This document shows positions 58,402 through 60,091 of a stretch of DNA of 60,091 nt, in pieces. The notes under the pieces are model-generated. The model ran no database searches. It had not been told where the DNA came from and saw only the letters and a list, made by a program, of their open reading frames with translations. A program made the position numbers and the translations under genes. Source of the DNA: a virus. Taxonomy: Duplodnaviria; Caudoviricetes. The stretch spans positions 1-60,091 of the IMG/VR virus record IMGVR_UViG_3300046095_000129, one strand, 5' to 3'. The number at the start of each line of letters is the position of its first letter. Within the stretch, counting starts at the first letter, position 1.

Positions 58402-58821
58402 TTAAGCTGTGCGTGTAAACACGTAGGCTGTTGCGCTGGAGAACATGATGGTAAACCGGGCCAAGCCCGTGACACCAGAAGCAATAGTCAGGTCACCAAA
58501 TGAACCGGCAGTGTCAGCGGCGGCGGTGGACAAAATACCGTTTACAGCAACGACGATAGTCACAGTTGATGCGCCTGCGGTGTTGTCAATGTACAGGTCA
58601 AGCACAGTGCCTTGAGTTGCACCCAATGCTGCGCCAAGAAGTGTGCCTGTGGGTAGCGTAATAGCTGTTGCGGCTGCGGAGGTTGAGGTGATGTACCCAG
58701 CAACTACCTGTGCTGCTGTGGCAGTGGCAGTGGCATTGATTGCATTAGCAGCGGCAACTTGATGCCCATCAACAAAGCCATTTTGGGATGTTACCGGGCC
58801 GTTAAACGTGGTTTTAGCCAT
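58402..58821 (-). CDS. Probable capsid decoration/fibre protein
   Basis: MAKTTFNGPV start, Ala/Thr-rich; first conserved gene after the capsid gene. Confidence 0.65.
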   Translation of the reverse strand: MAKTTFNGPVTSQNGFVDGHQVAAANAINATATATAAQVVAGYITSTSAAATAITLPTGTLLGAALGATQGTVLDLYIDNTAGASTVTIVVAVNGILSTAAADTAGSFGDLTIASGVTGLARFTIMFSSATAYVFTRTA

Positions 58822-58827
58822 GATTTT

Positions 58828-58900
58828 TCCTTACATACAAGTTAGGCGCATTAGTCTGTATGTCGTCAGCCGGGGCTGTCTAATGCACCGGAAAGCCCGG
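58828..58900 (-). ncRNA. Double-pseudoknot RNA, probably the Mu-gpT-DE motif
   Basis: Helices in order A-B-A'-C-B'-C' (CCGGG/CCCGG, GGUGCAUUAG/CUAAUGCGCC, ACAUACA/UGUAUGU); downstream of a Mu-gpT-like capsid gene. Confidence 0.65.
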
Positions 58901-58909
58901 AGTAGCTGG

Positions 58910-58938
58910 AATATATCACACTTTTTTGGGGGGTGCAA
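58910..58938 (-). promoter_or_regulatory. sigma70 promoter for the structured RNA and downstream genes
   Basis: TTGCAC-17 bp-TATATT with a TGn extension. Confidence 0.7.
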
Positions 58939-59776
58939 ATTTTTTTAGGTAGGTTGCTGCGGCTTCTAACTTTTCAACGTTGTCGCTAAACATGCCTAAT
59001 CCCCGATTGCACTGAGTACATAGCAGCGCCCTTACCTTCCCGGTTGCGTGATCATGGTCTACCGGCATCATGCGTGGGCCACCATCTTTGTCTTTAGTTG
59101 TTTCTTTTTCACCACAAATAGCGCAGTTCCAACCTTGTGATTCTCCCATTGCTTGGTATTGTTCCAAGTCAATGCCGTAGCTTTTCCGTAAATTATGTGT
59201 CTTTGCGCGTTCTGGATTGTTGGCCCGCCACACTCGTTGGTATTTGGCCGGGTCGTCATTAGCTATTGGTTCTTTCCAATACCAGTTTTCCGGGCCTATT
59301 GGTTTGGTCGTATCCAATCTACGCATAGAGTGCCCCGTAGGGCGAACACCAACTATCTCTACAAACCTCCAAAAGCTTGCTCTCCATTCATCCACCATCC
59401 CCGCAACTGTATTTCTACGGGCCGCATGATACGTTTGGTACAGTGGATGTTGTTCCCGAGACCCCCAATCTGCGGGTCGAGTCTGCTCTATGCTGCCATG
59501 TCTTCGCGCACGAAACTCGTGTTTTTCGCAAAAGCCAGAGGTTAAGTTTTTTTGATGTGCGCCGCAATTAGGTACTACGCATAGCGGCTTACCTTCTAGT
59601 AGCTTTATTCTGTAGTGTGCTGTACACAAAGTACCTCGAAAAGCTTTAGCTGTGCAGCCCAAAAAAGAACAGGGAGAAGCCATTTCTAGCCTCTCCCTGT
59701 CATAGTGTTTACGGCACAACCCGCCAGCAAAAACTGGGTTGCCACATTCGGGGATTTTGCATTCTGTATAGGTCAT
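58916..59776 (-). CDS. Endonuclease VII-type homing endonuclease with three N-terminal Cys/His fingers
   Basis: Three C-x4-C...LCxxH-type repeats, a degenerate HNH-like middle, C-terminal CAIC...VDHDH.TGKVR.LLC..CN.GLG; start 59776. Confidence 0.85.
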   Translation of the reverse strand: MTYTECKIPECGNPVFAGGLCRKHYDRERLEMASPCSFLGCTAKAFRGTLCTAHYRIKLLEGKPLCVVPNCGAHQKNLTSGFCEKHEFRARRHGSIEQTRPADWGSREQHPLYQTYHAARRNTVAGMVDEWRASFWRFVEIVGVRPTGHSMRRLDTTKPIGPENWYWKEPIANDDPAKYQRVWRANNPERAKTHNLRKSYGIDLEQYQAMGESQGWNCAICGEKETTKDKDGGPRMMPVDHDHATGKVRALLCTQCNRGLGMFSDNVEKLEAAATYLKKFAPPKKV

Positions 59777-59782
59777 AAACCT

Positions 59783-59811
59783 ATTGTAGTTGCTAATCCC
59801 CTTGATGTCAA
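59783..59811 (-). promoter_or_regulatory. Consensus sigma70 promoter of the endonuclease gene
   Basis: TTGACA (59811-59806), 17 bp, TACAAT (59788-59783). Confidence 0.8.
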
Positions 59812-60091
59812 CTAGCCCCCGGCGATCCAAAAATTCCGAGCGGGTCACTCCATCCAAAGCTGTACCTTTCGCGGCTCTTGTAACGCACGTTTCCGGTATC
59901 GAAGTCTCCATCCATGGAATTTGCCAACGCTGCACGTTCAAAATGCTTCAGGCCGTTAGGCACATCGGTCATCAGGAACCATGCATTGGTATCAGTCAAG
60001 AAGTGATTGATGCAGTACCCTTGTGGGATAGAGCCGTTGTTCTTCAAGGCGTTGATATCGTTGTCGGCAGTGCCAACACGTAGATTGGTTT
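59808..60091 (-). CDS. Major capsid protein, C-terminal part
   Basis: NHFLTDTNAWF...DGDFDTGNVRYKSRERYSFGWSDP; in frame with 1-755. Confidence 0.9.
   Translation of the reverse strand, partial: TNLRVGTADNDINALKNNGSIPQGYCINHFLTDTNAWFLMTDVPNGLKHFERAALANSMDGDFDTGNVRYKSRERYSFGWSDPLGIFGSPGAS

Noticed and set aside
58828-58900. Hammerhead ribozyme (contains CUGACGA)
   Set aside because: No GAAA follows the candidate stem II, and the helix topology does not fit a hammerhead.
59777-59941. N-terminal extension of the EndoVII ORF in the track
   Set aside because: It overlaps the capsid gene in another frame; the promoter position supports ATG 59776.

Overview
The window is very probably a complete, circularly assembled tailed dsDNA phage genome of 59,964 bp. 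Bases 1-127 are identical to 59965-60091, and the major capsid gene runs across this junction. A minus-strand virion arm carries the terminases, portal, a GroES-like protein, scaffold, a Mu-gpT-like capsid, head-tail and short-tail proteins, a lysis cassette and four large injected/internal proteins, including a 2,683-aa polyvalent protein. A plus-strand early/replication arm (8.4-29 kb) carries many small ORFs, an amidoligase plus class-II glutamine amidotransferase pair, DUF932, VRR-NUC, PolA, a Cas4-like nuclease, an SNF2 helicase and a primase/DUF927 protein. I saw no integrase, tRNA or CRISPR array. The strongest novel signals are non-coding: (1) a compact ~75-nt three-hairpin small RNA at the strand switch whose sequence is antisense to a GGAGAAGCAAUG start-region motif shared by five early/replication genes; (2) six copies of a 23-bp palindrome in the early region; (3) a mirror-symmetric, origin-like AT-rich element; (4) two pseudoknotted leader RNAs; (5) two free-standing endonuclease cassettes, one truncating a gene while supplying a replacement N-terminus and one carrying its own leaderless promoter. 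All protein assignments come from motif recognition by eye, not database searches.
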